Shown piece by piece: positions 48,050 through 60,604 of a DNA stretch of 64,000 bases (its first letter is position 1; every line of letters starts with the position of its first letter). Below the pieces are notes generated by a model. It was not told where the DNA came from and ran no database searches. It saw only the letters and a list, made by a program, of their open reading frames with translations. This stretch comes from Antechinus flavipes (Eukaryota), in NCBI RefSeq assembly GCF_016432865.1, contig NC_067398.1, positions 550,560,001-550,624,000 of the forward strand. Reading direction: 5' to 3'. Made by a program: the position numbers and the translations under genes.

Positions 48050-50300
48050 TGTTTTCTATGAGTTACCTTGCCAAGCAGATGGACTGGACACAGAGTAAGT
48101 CTATTTGCCAAAAGGACAGTCAGAAATCTGTAGTAGCTTACTTTCAGATGCTTTTACCAGTGATCACTGACTGATCTTGGTAGGTGAGCTGTGTCACTGC
48201 ACTGGCCCAAACCAGCATTCTGGTCAACTGTTCCTGCAAAAGTCTTCTTCTGTATCCCACCTATTCCTGGGAAAAGCTGCTCATTCTCTGTCCTAACCCC
48301 ACACTGAACCCCGCCTCCCCTTTTGGTTTTCAAACAAATTGCTCCTATTTTTCCTATTACGTGGGTTCTATTATCTGGTTGCCCACATTCTAGTGTTAGA
48401 CTTATCATGGTGAGGGTTGTCTTTATAACCACAGGAGGAGTGATGCAGCCCTTTGATACCAGTTCAGAGCTTTGTTGTCGTCCAACCTGCCACTTCTCCT
48501 TGGGGGATCTGGTACCTTTGGTTTGAATTTCAAACTCCTGTCTCTTTCTCTTAGATTCATTTATTAAGAGAAAAAGGGGTTTAGCTATTGGAGAATGCCA
48601 GGGCTGGTAAACTCCAAGCAGGGATAACACTGATCAACTTCTGAAGCCCAAGGGACTCAGGAATTTGTGGCCATGGATGGAAATCAGTGAAGACCCCATG
48701 GTTAGCTGCTGAGTCTCACGTTTTATGGGTTAAATAGGGTGGGGAACTGAATGAAACCTTGGTTTTTAATTTAGGTAGTCCATATTACTTGGTGAAGAAA
48801 AGATTATGAAAGAAATCACAGTCAAGTGTTCATAGGCAACCAAACATCCAAAGGCACTGAAGACACCCCCTCTAACTGGGACAATGGGTAGCTATATGTC
48901 TCTATATTATGGGCCTGAAATCTGCAGATATTTAATAAATTGGCAGAAATTAACCTAACATGGTCCCCATCATTGATAGACAATCTGGGGTGCTTTTGAT
49001 TGGGATAAATTAAATTACCTTTATGAAATGTTTTGATGAAAATATCCTGAATAGGATGCTTTTAATAAATGGCTACTTGAACTTACCAAATGAGAAGCCA
49101 AAATTAACTTTTGTTAAAGAAATAACCAAACTGAGGAATGAAAAAAAAAAAAGAGGACAGAAAACTAAATTTATGTCTTCCAAAGCAATGTCCAAATTCT
49201 TTTCTTGGACAGTTAGAATTGTATCACTCAGATCAGAGATTTGCATGTAAAAGCAAGCCACCTCTCCCAAAAAAAATCTGAAAAAGATTCATTCCCTTCC
49301 TGTATGAATGAGGAAGGTAAGGGGGAGTCCCCTTTGGGGCCGTGGCCCAAATACACCTTCATCTTTTAAAAATAAAGAAAGGGGGCAATACTCAACATAT
49401 ATTCCTTTAAATTGAATTATGTGACATTGAACATAAATTTTTGAGAGATTTAACTGGTCATTTATATTAGTTCTAATTCAACTCTTAGCATTATTACAAA
49501 TAAAAGAAATTAAGACTAGTCATTGAAAAATCTTTTTATGATTAGATGAATTTTTGGTTTTGCTGAACAGCTTTAAGTGATTATTTGTCCATCTCCCCCA
49601 AAAGAGATTTCTTCTTTATATTCTATGTGTTTCATTTCTATTTTTGTGTCATTGTAAAATGTAAAATATTGTCTTGTGTCATGTTTGTATTGTTTGTGAA
49701 TTCAGTTACCTTGAAAGATTTCTAAAAGGGAAAATGCAGAAAGCCAGAAAAATAGCTAAAAAGCTATACCCAAAGAATTCAGAATATTGAGGAAGATTAA
49801 AGCATATGTCCTACTAACTCTCACTTTAGGCTTTCCACAGGATTAAGTTATGAAGGGGAAACAAACCCTGCAAGACACTTTTTTCATTCCCATCTTGGCC
49901 ACACTGGAATTACACAATTGAAGTTAGATAATCATAGTTTATAGAACTGCTAAAATTATTTTCCTAGATCTTGGAATTTTGGAGATTAATCATTAAGGAG
50001 ATAGGAGGTTAATCATTTTAAGATTGCTGAGGAGAATTTCTGAGACTTGAGGTAAATCTAGTAACTCATCCCATTCTAAGATATTTTAATGAGTTTTGGG
50101 GTACCACTCTAGAATTTGTTTTTAAGAAAAAATAATAATTAAATTAAGTAAAAATTTTTAAAGTAAATGCACCTAGATATATTTTTTCTTAAGATTGATA
50201 GCTTTGTTTTAGTACTGTGAAGGAAGGCAGCTAGTTTGGAAGTAATCCCAGAGTAAAAGGGGGGGGAGGGGAAAGGAAGGAATCAGACATTAATCTTGGG
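48050..50300 (+). mobile_element. Decayed ERV1-like internal region (leader + gag remnant from ATG 48884); bounds approximate
   Basis: One frame reads MGSYMSLYYGPEICRYLINWQKLT*...WGAFDWDKLNYL...DAFNKWLLE with several stops, resembling class I ERV matrix. Confidence 0.5.
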
Positions 50301-50573
50301 GTATTTTCAGATCCTATCATGGAAACCCCCTCCACAGATGCTATGAAAGGAGGCAACAGGATATGGAAATTAGTGCATGTAAGAGTGAGAAGGCAAAAAT
50401 CAAGGATGATTATGAAAGTAGTCTATTAGACTATGAAAAAGCCAGAAAAAGGCTGAGAGTATGAATGATGATAACATGTGCCACTTTTAAGTACTTTAAC
50501 AGAAAAAAATAATAAAGTATATCAATACAAAAATATCTTGGGTGAACCTCTCTATATAACAAATTACAGTCAA

Positions 50574-50579
50574 TTTATT
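50574..50579 (-). other. Candidate SIRT5 polyadenylation signal (AATAAA)
   Basis: plus-strand tttatt ~410 nt downstream of the stop; not unique in AT-rich DNA. Confidence 0.3.
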
Positions 50580-50985
50580 TTCTGCCAAAGTATTTATGTA
50601 AACATTAGAACCGAGGAAAGGCAATGCCCTTATGTTTATATTAGAAACAAAAAAATACATTTGAATTATAGATAAATTAAATGTTGTAAATCTAGATAAA
50701 TTAAAATAGTTTTTACCACATCTATAAAACATCCAATAATCATTTGGGAATCAGGTTGCAGTCCAACACAAATGTAATGGGTTATTTTCTTGACAGTTTT
50801 TAATATCATCATTGTGACTGACCATAAGAATATCTATTGATTGGTTACATTTCCAGTTCTGAGGACTGGGGGGCCTTTCTCTGTTTATAAATTTTCCCCC
50901 CCATACACTTTCTCCCAACTCCTTTTGGGTTTAAGTATTTGTAGTTAAGTACTTATGAATCAAATTTTTTTCCTCATGCTTACAA

Positions 50986-51058
50986 TTAATCTTTTTCAGA
51001 TTCATGACAGGCAAGAGCTTCAGGGATAGTGCTGCCACAGGGCCCTGAGAAGTGAAAC
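50986..51058 (-). CDS. SIRT5: SIRT5 last coding exon (73 nt): [23 protein letters not shown]
   Basis: ttgtttcag acceptor; TAA at 50988-50986; matches [19 protein letters not shown]; follows a 9.2-kb intron. Confidence 0.95.
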
Positions 51059-51539
51059 CTGAAACAATAATAAAGAATACTGAAATTAAACATGGTCTAC
51101 CAAACTGAAATCATGTATTTCTTCAAAATAATTCTTTTTATAGCATTTGGAGTTGGACCTGTGATTTCACCAGCATAAGAAAACTGCCTCCACCAATGTA
51201 GAGCAACATCTTTTCTGCAACTTCGGTATAGTCTTAGAAAGTGCCCATATTCAATATTCAGATATTCAAACATGACTGTTATGCCCTCTCCCCTCCCCCC
51301 AAAAGAAGCACAGGTGACAGAGACCATGTTTGGGAATGGGAAGCCTCACTTGTTGTGACACATCCTCAGCATCCTAGGCAAGTCACTTAATCCCAGTGCC
51401 CTGAGGAAAATAATTGTGACACTAAGTAAAATATTTGACATATATATATATATATACACACACACACATATATCACATGTTATTTTACTTAGTGTCACAA
51501 ATATTTTATATATATACACATACACAATATATAGACATT

Positions 51540-51715
51540 TGGAGTTTGAAAGTAGGTGCTATTATCTCCATTTTATAATTAAGTAAACTGAGGCAGACAG
51601 GTTAAGTGCCTTGGATCAGGGTCACAGAGCCAGTAAGTGTCCAAAGTTAAGATTTGAATTCAGATCTTCTTGACTCCAAGCTCAGCTCAGTGCTCTATCC
51701 ATTGAACCATTTGAA
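51540..51715 (-). mobile_element. MIR fragment
   Basis: gtaggtgctattatctccatttt...aaactgaggcagacaggttaagtg. Confidence 0.75.
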
Positions 51716-51999
51716 GGTACTCAACTCATTTTTTTTCCTTCTATTTTTGATCATTATTCATTGGGATATTCTTTGGTTTGATTTTCTTCTAGAATGTATA
51801 ATGGTTTGATTTTTTTCCTAGAATGCATGTATGAGAATCAGGCTGTTTTATCCCTATTCACAGAAGTTCTTTCTTTTAATGACTAATAACTAACAAAGTG
51901 GCTGGTTCCACAATACGAATCGAAGTAGTTTTTGTTCTTACTGTTGTTTTTCATTAAGTAAATCAGAAAACAACCCTTTGAAGATGGTTTCTCAAATTC

Positions 52000-52042
<43 letters not shown>

Positions 52043-52045
<3 letters not shown>

Positions 52046-52672
52046 TGTGGGTTGTGGTCCCTTTAAGAAACTAGTCCTTTCAGATTGATTTATTCCTTTC
52101 TGATTCCCAAGCCCTCCTAGCTGATGCATTATCAATTCAGGAAGCTGGGACCTTTGATTTTCAAATCTTGGTCAAAAGCATCCCTTTGAATTCCAATAGA
52201 AGATCCAAGCTCTCCCAGCCTCTATTCTAATGATCTGCTCAGGTTTCTCAATCCCCACCAAGCAAATTCTAGCCCTCAATGAAACCCAGCAAGGAGCCAA
52301 ATTGGGACTCCACCCACAGACCTCTTTAGCTAAATCTCTTAATATAAAAGAGCCAAGCCCTCTCTTTGCAAAGGGTCAAAACATGACAGCACCATGCCTG
52401 GCACCAAGGACTCCTGGTCCACTGGACCCTGTTTCTGCTGTCCTTTTATCTCTACCTTCACCTATTTCCTTAACTAGACTTTAACCTTACTTCCAAACCC
52501 CATAACAAACCTCTTTTATCAATCTAGGTTTTCAGGGCTGTAAATTCCTTTACAGGGGACTCTTGCGCCTCTAATAGACCTCATTTAACTCTGTATAATT
52601 GCGTCGAATCCAAAGGGGTTGCAGGGGAGCTCTATTTGACTCTTTGTATCCCAAACCTGCCACTAGATCTCA

Positions 52673-52675
<3 letters not shown>
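52043..52675 (+). mobile_element. Solo LTR (~633 bp) embedded in a (CA)n tract, SIRT5 last intron
   Basis: Termini (c/T)GATG...CATCA; aatataaaagagcc TATA-like box; (AC)n 52002-52042 and (CA)n 52676-52710 on either side. Confidence 0.72.
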
Positions 52676-52712
<37 letters not shown>

Positions 52713-53540
52713 CCATAATTAGCTTAAGGAACTCCAGGAATGAAAATTACTTCCACCAGTGCATATTAGCAACTCATTTGTAGTACTCATTTATACTCAT
52801 TAGAATAGCTGGGAGCACTATTATCCAAATGTTGCTAGTGTTACTCTGTCTTTCTTAAAATTTCTTGTTTGGACTTGTGATTTCATTGGTGTAAGGAACT
52901 TCTAATAAGCATACTTTTCTGCAATTTATTCTCTTAAAATAGTTCAGCCCACTCCCTTAAGAAGGTCATGAGAGTCAGTCCTTGTTCAAGGTCCAAGACC
53001 AAGTGTGTGGGATCAGAACCTGCTTTCCTGACTCTGAGGTCAGCTTTTTGTCCACTACTCTGTGTTACCTCTGCTCTTTAACCCATGCCAATTAAATATA
53101 CAATCATTATGTAGATGTAGTAAAGTATGGACCCAAGGCTAGTGAGAGGCAAAGGTAAAGTGTGATAACCTACATGGCAGTGCTCTCAGCTTCTCCAAGT
53201 CTATACAAATATAAACCATTTTGTGAAAAAGAGCAGAAAAATGCTGAGACCTATTTGATAGACAAAAATCTATGTATGTTTCTATACCACTCCGAGTATG
53301 TCTCTCTGTCTTTCAGCAAAGATATCCTACTGTCTTTAGGTTATAGTGAAGTTCTTTATGCACTCTGTCATAATTTTAAGCTTAAATAATTATTATGACA
53401 AATAGGAAAAAATGAAAGAAAGAAAAATAAAAGAAACAAGTAAAACCCAAAGTTAATATCTATCTTTAAAAGATTTCTCCATTAAAACTACTTTCATTAA
53501 AAAATATTGATTATGTGTAACTATGTGCAAAGAGTCTTCT

Positions 53541-53828
53541 GCTGATCATGTACATTTTCATATTCCCTGGGTAAACAGGTGACTAGCAGGTCTTATAAGC
53601 TCCAGTGTTTTGAGCCACAATGGGACAAGTCAATAGGTTATTTGAATTTAAAATTTGTCATTATTATGATTTGTCCTAGGGAATGGGGGTCACCAAATAT
53701 GGGCAAATTGTTCCAGCTTGGAAAATGGAGGTCAAATCCTTATACTGATCAGAATAGAACCTAGCCCATGAGTAGTGCTTATGCTTCCAATTTGAGTGAA
53801 ATAGGGAGACCTAATCTTTAAAAATAAA
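53541..53828 (+). pseudogene. Second, more decayed 7SL-derived retrocopy
   Basis: Matches the 7SL S-domain and 3' end (ggaaaatggaggtcaaa...actgatcag...tagggagacctaatcttt aaaaataaa). Confidence 0.6.
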
Positions 53829-55807
53829 CACTTTTCTAGGCAATGAGTGATACAAATATGAATAAGATATAATACCATCCCTCAAGGAATATACAGTCTA
53901 ATTATTACAGAAGTAGCAGTAAAATTCAACCTCTGTTAAGTGATATTCCCAGTTATAAGAAGCAAGAGTGAAATTCAACCTTGTTATCAAGGTTGTCACT
54001 TTTAAAATGAGATTAAGAATACATCTTGGCAAGCCTGCCTAAATGATGGTCCATTTCCTTTAGAAATTGGAGCTACTAAACTATTGTGGCTAGAGTTTAG
54101 AGACAAAATTATTTACTTTTCACTCAGCTGTTAAGTTTCAATAGGCAGTTTCAAGTAACAGTTAGTTTAATAATAATAAAGAGTCCATTCTCTATCTCTC
54201 TTCACAGTGCCCCTCTAATATTAAAAAAAAAAAAAAAAAGTTCTCAGAAAGCAATGTGAAAATAGAATGCCGTGATATCTCTGGAAAGAAATCCCAAAAC
54301 AAATAGTGAAAATGAAGAGCTTTCAGATCAAAAGAAAAAAAAAAAAAACACAAAGAACACAAAAGACTTAGCAACTCATACATAAAGAAGAGAAAGGCCT
54401 ATACCAAAAAGTAAGAGATAAATCCTAAAGGAAAAAAAGTGGTTCTTTAATTGGACAGAGAATTTCCAAATACTTCTGATGAAAAGGTCAGCGCTGAGTA
54501 GCCATTTCAAAATGGAAATCAGGTGCCAAGAGAAATAAAATGAGGTAAAACATTTATTCAATTGAAAGGGAATATGTGGACATGAATTGTCTACACATTA
54601 ATAGAGGGATAAATAACAAATGATTTCTCAGAACCTCAACATACTTGAGGATGATAGTGAAAAGTTAAAATGACAGTTTGTTTTGTCTATTTTAATCTTC
54701 TTGAGAGAAGAGGAAGAAGGGAAGGATGTTACTTGCATAAGAGAAGTACATAAATTGAAAAGTATATCTTCATGGAAGAAGGCATGGGATGGGAAATGGA
54801 CATCCTGTGAAGCTCACTTTCATTTGGATAAAGGAAATTTAAACATAATTACTTATTTCTCTCTCTCTTCATCTATTTACCTGCTTTCTGCTCATCTTTC
54901 TCTTTTATACAGGGATTTCAGTATAGAAATACATTAAACTCAAAAAGGGAAAAGGGAGAAAACAGAAATAAAGGAGATATAAGTGGGAAGACAATAGTCA
55001 TAAACAAACTTAAATGCTGAAGGCATGTGAAAAGGAAATTAAAAGAAAAGAAAGAGTAAAACCTGGGATCAGAGGCAAGTAAGGAGAAAGAAGAGCTATA
55101 ACAGGAAAGAAACAGACTTTCACTTATAAGATTACAAAGAATCAGACAAGCTCCTTTTCTTTTACTATCGAAAAAGAGGGAGGTCAGGAATAAAGAAGAA
55201 ATCCAAGTACAAGAGGACAGATTGACAATTGAATCAAAAAGGGAAAGAGTACAACAATGGATTAGAAAGCAAGAATTGACTATACATATGGTTTACAAAT
55301 AATACAAGTGAAACATTTAAGTTCAAATGAAGGGGTGAAGCTAAATCTTTTTTATTTCAGCTTAACTCAAAACAGAATCATGATTATAGGTAAAGTTACA
55401 GTATATATGAATAAAATAATGGAGGGGAAATCATATTTAAAGGCAATATTGATGACAAATCACTATCAATACTTAATAACATACTAGGTAATACTTAAAA
55501 GAAAAGTTTGTTGAAATGTAATAAAAAAAATGATAGAAATTAGAAATGATAAAAACTGTAACAGTGAAGGACTTTAATGTATTTTTCAGATCTATACTAT
55601 TCTAAGAGAAAAATAAAAGTCTCAAACGGAACTAAGAAAAATTAGAGACAGCAGATCTCTGAAAATTACTGAATGAGAAGAGAAAGATTTGTATAATTGA
55701 AAACTACATGATAACTTTACAAAAACTGATTATATATTGGAATAGAAAGATCGCACCCAAAAAAATGCAGAAATGAAATATTTAAATCATGAAAAATATT
55801 TTTAATC

Positions 55808-55936
55808 TTTATTTATTGTTGAGGCAATTGGGGTTAAGTAACACAGCTAGGAAGTGTTTAGTGTCTGAGGCCAAATTTGAACTCTGCTCCTCCTGACTTC
55901 AGGGCTGCTCTAATCACTGCATCACCTAGCTGCCCC
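55808..55936 (-). mobile_element. WSINE1-type SINE nested in L1
   Basis: gaggcaattggggttaagt...ctcctgacttcagggc...cacctagctgcccc. Confidence 0.85.
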
Positions 55937-58561
55937 TTAAATCATAATTTATCGATCACAACACAATAAAAATTATGTTCAGGAAAGGCCCTTAAAGGAT
56001 GCACTAAAAGAACTGGTGGATCAAAGAACAAATTACAGAAACAATAGAAAAAAATCTCTTAAAAGAATGACAAATAAGAAAACAAATCAAAATTGAAGGG
56101 ATACTACTAATGTAGTTTTGAGGAGAAATTTTTATCTATAAACACTTTCAAAAACAGAAAGAAAACAACGCTGGACTAGGCATGAAAGTTTTAAAAAAAA
56201 CTTGAACAAGTAAAAAATCTTCAACTAAATAATAGTAGAAATTCTGAAATTAAAGAAGAGATTAATAAAACAAAGCAAAAATAAAAGGAGTTATTTAAAA
56301 AAACAAGAGATAAAACAGCTAACTTGATTAAAAGGCAGAAGAAAATCAAATTGTTCCCATAAAAAATTAAAAATGAAAACTCAATAATTAAAGAGGAAAT
56401 AAAGGAAATTATCAGAAACCATTTTGCCTAATTATATGTCAACAAAATTGATAACTGAGGATATATACACACATATATATGAATTATGTATATTATATGT
56501 GTATATTTTCTAAGTATACATATATATTATATACATATTTCATATATATGTGTGTATGCATGCTAACAGATTTAAATTTAAATAATCCAATATGAGAAAC
56601 AGAAATTGAGCAAGACATAAATGGAATCCCAAAGAGTCTCCAAGATCAATGGTATTTACATGTGAATTCTGTCAATCCCTCAAAGAATATTTTTCAACCT
56701 ACATCAATTTTTTGCAATAACAAGGAAAGAAGGCACCCTTTTCAATATTTTTCTATGGTCTTGATACCTAAGCTGGGAAGAGACAAATGGGAGCAAAGAA
56801 ATTACAGACCAATATTCCTAACACTGATATAAACATAAAATAAATGTTAGCAAGTAGGCTACAACAACATAGAAAGATGATACACTATGATCTGATTGGG
56901 TTTACCTGAAGAATTGGGTTTACATGAATACAAAAAAAAGCAAAAGTATAATAAAGCTCTTTAATAACATAAGTAATAAAAACTATATGATTTTATCAAT
57001 AGATTCTAAAAAAGGCTTTTGACAAAATTCAGTACTCGTTTCTATGAAAAACTCAAGAAATCATAAATAAATGGATTTTTCTCTAAAATGATAAGTAATA
57101 TTTATCTAACTCCAAGTAAACATTATGGACAATGGTGAAAAGTTAGGAGCTTTTCCAATAAGATCAGGGTAAAACAAGAATATTCTTTGTTCTCACTTCT
57201 ATTTTACACAACTCTAGTGATGATGGCTATAACAATATAGCAAAAAAAAATAAGCACAAGAAAAAGTGAAATTAAATTTTCATTTTTTTGCAGTTTATAT
57301 GATGGTGTAGTCAGAGAACCCCTGAAAGTTAACTAAAAATTAACTGAAATAATGAATTGCTTCAGCAGAATTTCAGGATATATAATAAAACCATATAAAT
57401 CATCAGTATTTTTATTTATAACCAACATTATACCCAGGAAGAAGAGCTAGAAAGAAAAAAAAAAATCCATTCAAAATAACTATAAAAACTACAAAATATT
57501 TAGTAGTATATCTCATAAGATTCATTCAAGTATTATCTGAATCTTACTATAAAACACTCTTTGAAGAAATATAGACTTTAAAAAGTGAAGAACCATTAAT
57601 TACGCCTATGTAATTAACAAATTATGTCAATAATTTAGCAAATTAATATGTCAATGCTCCCTAAATTAATTTACTTATTCAATGTTGTGTCAATACATCT
57701 TCCCAAATAACATTTAGAATGCTGAAAAAAGCTATTTATATGGAGGAAAAAAGATTAAGAAGAATCTCAAAGATTATAAATGAAGAAAAGTATGGAAGAA
57801 AGTGAGTCTCTAAGTACCAGTTCATGAACTGTAATTAAAAGCAGTAATATTAAAATAGTATAATATGATAAATAGTAAATGATAGTATGATGTAGTACCG
57901 AATATAGTACCATAGTGATCAATAAACCCCAAAACTCCAGTTATTGGAAAAAAGATTCATCACTTGATAAAAAAAGGTCTGACAAAATTAGACAGCAAGC
58001 TTGAATAAATTAGCTTTATACCAAAACTTTACATTATACACAAATATAAGCTCCAAATGCACTATTTGACTAGATGGGAAAGTTCATATCATAATCAAAT
58101 TGGAAGAGTAAGGAAATTACTTATGAATAGGGGGAAAGTTCACCACTAAAAAGTGACAGAGGGAATCACACAAGACATAATGGACAGTTTTGACTGCAAA
58201 AATTCAAAAATTTTTGCACATATAAAGTAATGTAGTAAAATTAAAAAAGAATTAGGAAATTGGAAGAAAATTTTTGCAGCATCTTTTTCTGATAAAGATA
58301 CCAATTCCAAGATATGTAAAAATTGTTACAAAAGTATAGAACTAATCCCTACTTGACAGTTAAAAAATAGTGCACAGGCAGTTTTGAAAGGGAAAAACTC
58401 AAGCTAATAACAATCATATGAAAAAAGGCTCCATGTCACCAGTAAATAGTGAAAAGCAACATGATGTAACCGAGTTTGCACCTTACACTCTTATCAGACT
58501 GGAAAAGATGACAAAAGTTGGGGAATGATAAGTGTTTGATAGGCTTTGGGAAAACAGGTTG

Positions 58562-58822
58562 ATGATGCAACAGAGAGAAAGCTGGACTTGGGAGCCAGGA
58601 AGAACTGAACTCAAATTCAGCCTCAAACATTTACTAGCTATGATCCTGAACAAAGACACCTACCCTTTTCTCATCTTACCTTCCTCACCTGTAAAATGAG
58701 GACGATAATAACAACATCTACTTCCCACGATGATTGTATGGATAATAGTGAGATAATATTTTTAAAGCATTCTGCAAACTTACAAAACATTATATAAATG
58801 CTAGTTATTATTCTTATTATTA
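58562..58822 (+). mobile_element. MIR-like SINE nested in L1
   Basis: ttcctcacctgtaaaatgagg core and tataaatgctagttattatt tail. Confidence 0.78.
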
Positions 58823-59197
58823 CCAGTGCACTATTGAGAGGGTCATCAATTCATCTAGCTATTCTGAAGAGCAACTTGAAAGAATGCCCACAAAGTTCTT
58901 TATTTGATCCAATTATGCCATTACTACATTGTAGCTCCTCAAAGGCAGTAGCTGTCTCTTTTTGCATCCCCAGCACTTAGGAGAGTACCTGGTACATAGT
59001 GGGTGCTTAATAAACATTTATTGACTGACTATACCCTGCCCAAACAAAAGAAAAAATGAAAAGAATCTATATAGACAAAAACATTTATGTCATGTGGTGG
59101 CCAAGAATTGGAAACCATAATAGTATCTTGTTATTGGGGAATAGCTAAGTATGTGAATATAAAGGAAGATATTTGCACTATAAGAAATGATAAAATG

Positions 59198-59311
59198 CAC
59201 AGTGGATAGAGCACTAGCCCTGAAGTCAGGAGGACACTTCCTAGCTGTGTGACCTTGGGCAAGTCATTTAACCCCAATTGCACCAGCCAAAAAAATAAAA
59301 AAGAAAGAAGA
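59198..59311 (+). mobile_element. 5'-truncated, internally deleted WSINE1-type SINE with 16-bp TSD
   Basis: TSD aagaaatgataaaatg at 59182-59197 and 59312-59327. Confidence 0.88.
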
Positions 59312-60214
59312 AAGAAATGATAAAATGGACAGTTTCAGAGTGAACTGGTAAGATTTCCATGAACTAATATAGACTAGAATGAACAGAACCATACAATGAT
59401 AACAAAATTGCAGAGAAAAACAACTTGGCAAGATCATAGGGATGATGATCAATGCATGATAAACCATGAGTCTAATGAAGAAGAAACACCTCTTAGAAAT
59501 GTGATGAACTTAAAATATAGAGATATAAAACATTTTCAGACATGGTTAATGTAAGAATTTTTTTTCCCCCAAATTATGCACCTACATATTCAGGGCTGTA
59601 TTTTTTTTTTATTTGCTTAGTAAAAAGCAAATAAAAGGAACAGACTAAATTTTTTTTTTTATTTTAAAAGTTACCAGCAATCATAAATCTTTTAAAAAAT
59701 AAGAAATGTAAGAAGTATGAAAACTTTAAGTTCACATATGTGATAATACATATATATGTATTATATATAATAGTATATATTAATATATAAAAATATATAT
59801 GCATATACTTATATATGTATTATCACACATGTGAACTTAAAAGTTATATATATATATATATATATATATATGGCCAAATACCTGAGGTGCAGTATTTACT
59901 TAGGGAAAAAAAAAATAGGATTCTAAATGTCAGCTTATAGGGAACTAAACAACAAAATCCCAAAACTTAATTGGCTGAAAAATCATTTTCAATTCATTTC
60001 TACTTATAAATTTAAATAACAGAATAGTTTTCTTAATATTCAAAATGACTAAGAGTAGTTAAATATTTGTTGCAGTAGTTGTTCTGATCTTTCATATGGC
60101 TAATATAGATTAGCTCTGTGTTCTCTTCCTTGAGTACAGACATGAAATGATCAAGTCATTGCAGACACAACTGCCACACTCTGCCCCTCTTGTCTTTCAG
60201 TTTAATGCCTTTAC

Positions 60215-60330
60215 CTGAAGTTTTGTGTAACAGGGGTAGTTGTAGTGTTAAATTCGGCCACTGGTACTCCCCTAGCTGATACATGTGGGGCGAATATAGC
60301 TGCAGGATAAACCAGAGAGGAAGTTCCCAC
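60215..60330 (-). CDS. SIRT5: SIRT5 exon (116 nt): [38 protein letters not shown](R)
   Basis: gctttctag acceptor, AG|gtaaag donor; GTS..VYPAA NAD-binding motif. Confidence 0.96.
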
Positions 60331-60604
60331 CTAGAAAGCAATGGGATCAAAGAGAGAATTATTTTACACTGCTGCCAGCTAGTTTATTTCCACTCCCATT
60401 TCCCCAATTCCCCAAACTCTGACAGGGTTGTGGATCCAGATGTATGGCAACAGCCAAAGCTGAATAGATACAGAGGGAGAGGTATTCAACAAGAGCAACA
60501 AAAGAGAAAATTTTCTATTTATACAAGATGGAAGCTGTCTCTAAAATTGTATTAAAGGCAATAGGAATAAAATATCATGTCTAATCTTTTATATTTTAAT
60601 GCTA

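Larger units (their letters stand above)
54200..59690 (+). mobile_element. Long decayed L1 (ORF1 end, ORF2, 3' UTR) with nested SINEs, antisense in SIRT5 last intron
   Basis: A-rich L1 coding pattern; RT motifs (aaaaggcttttgacaaaatt; agatcagggtaaaacaagaa); many stops and frameshifts. Confidence 0.85.

Noticed and set aside
48154-48630. 158-aa minus-strand ORF
   Set aside because: Lies in an ERV leader-like region; no recognisable motif or exon context
60200-60214. A SIRT5 short isoform by read-through of this donor
   Set aside because: Read-through gives only R-stop (AGG TAA); no alternative coding tail or nearby PAS is evident
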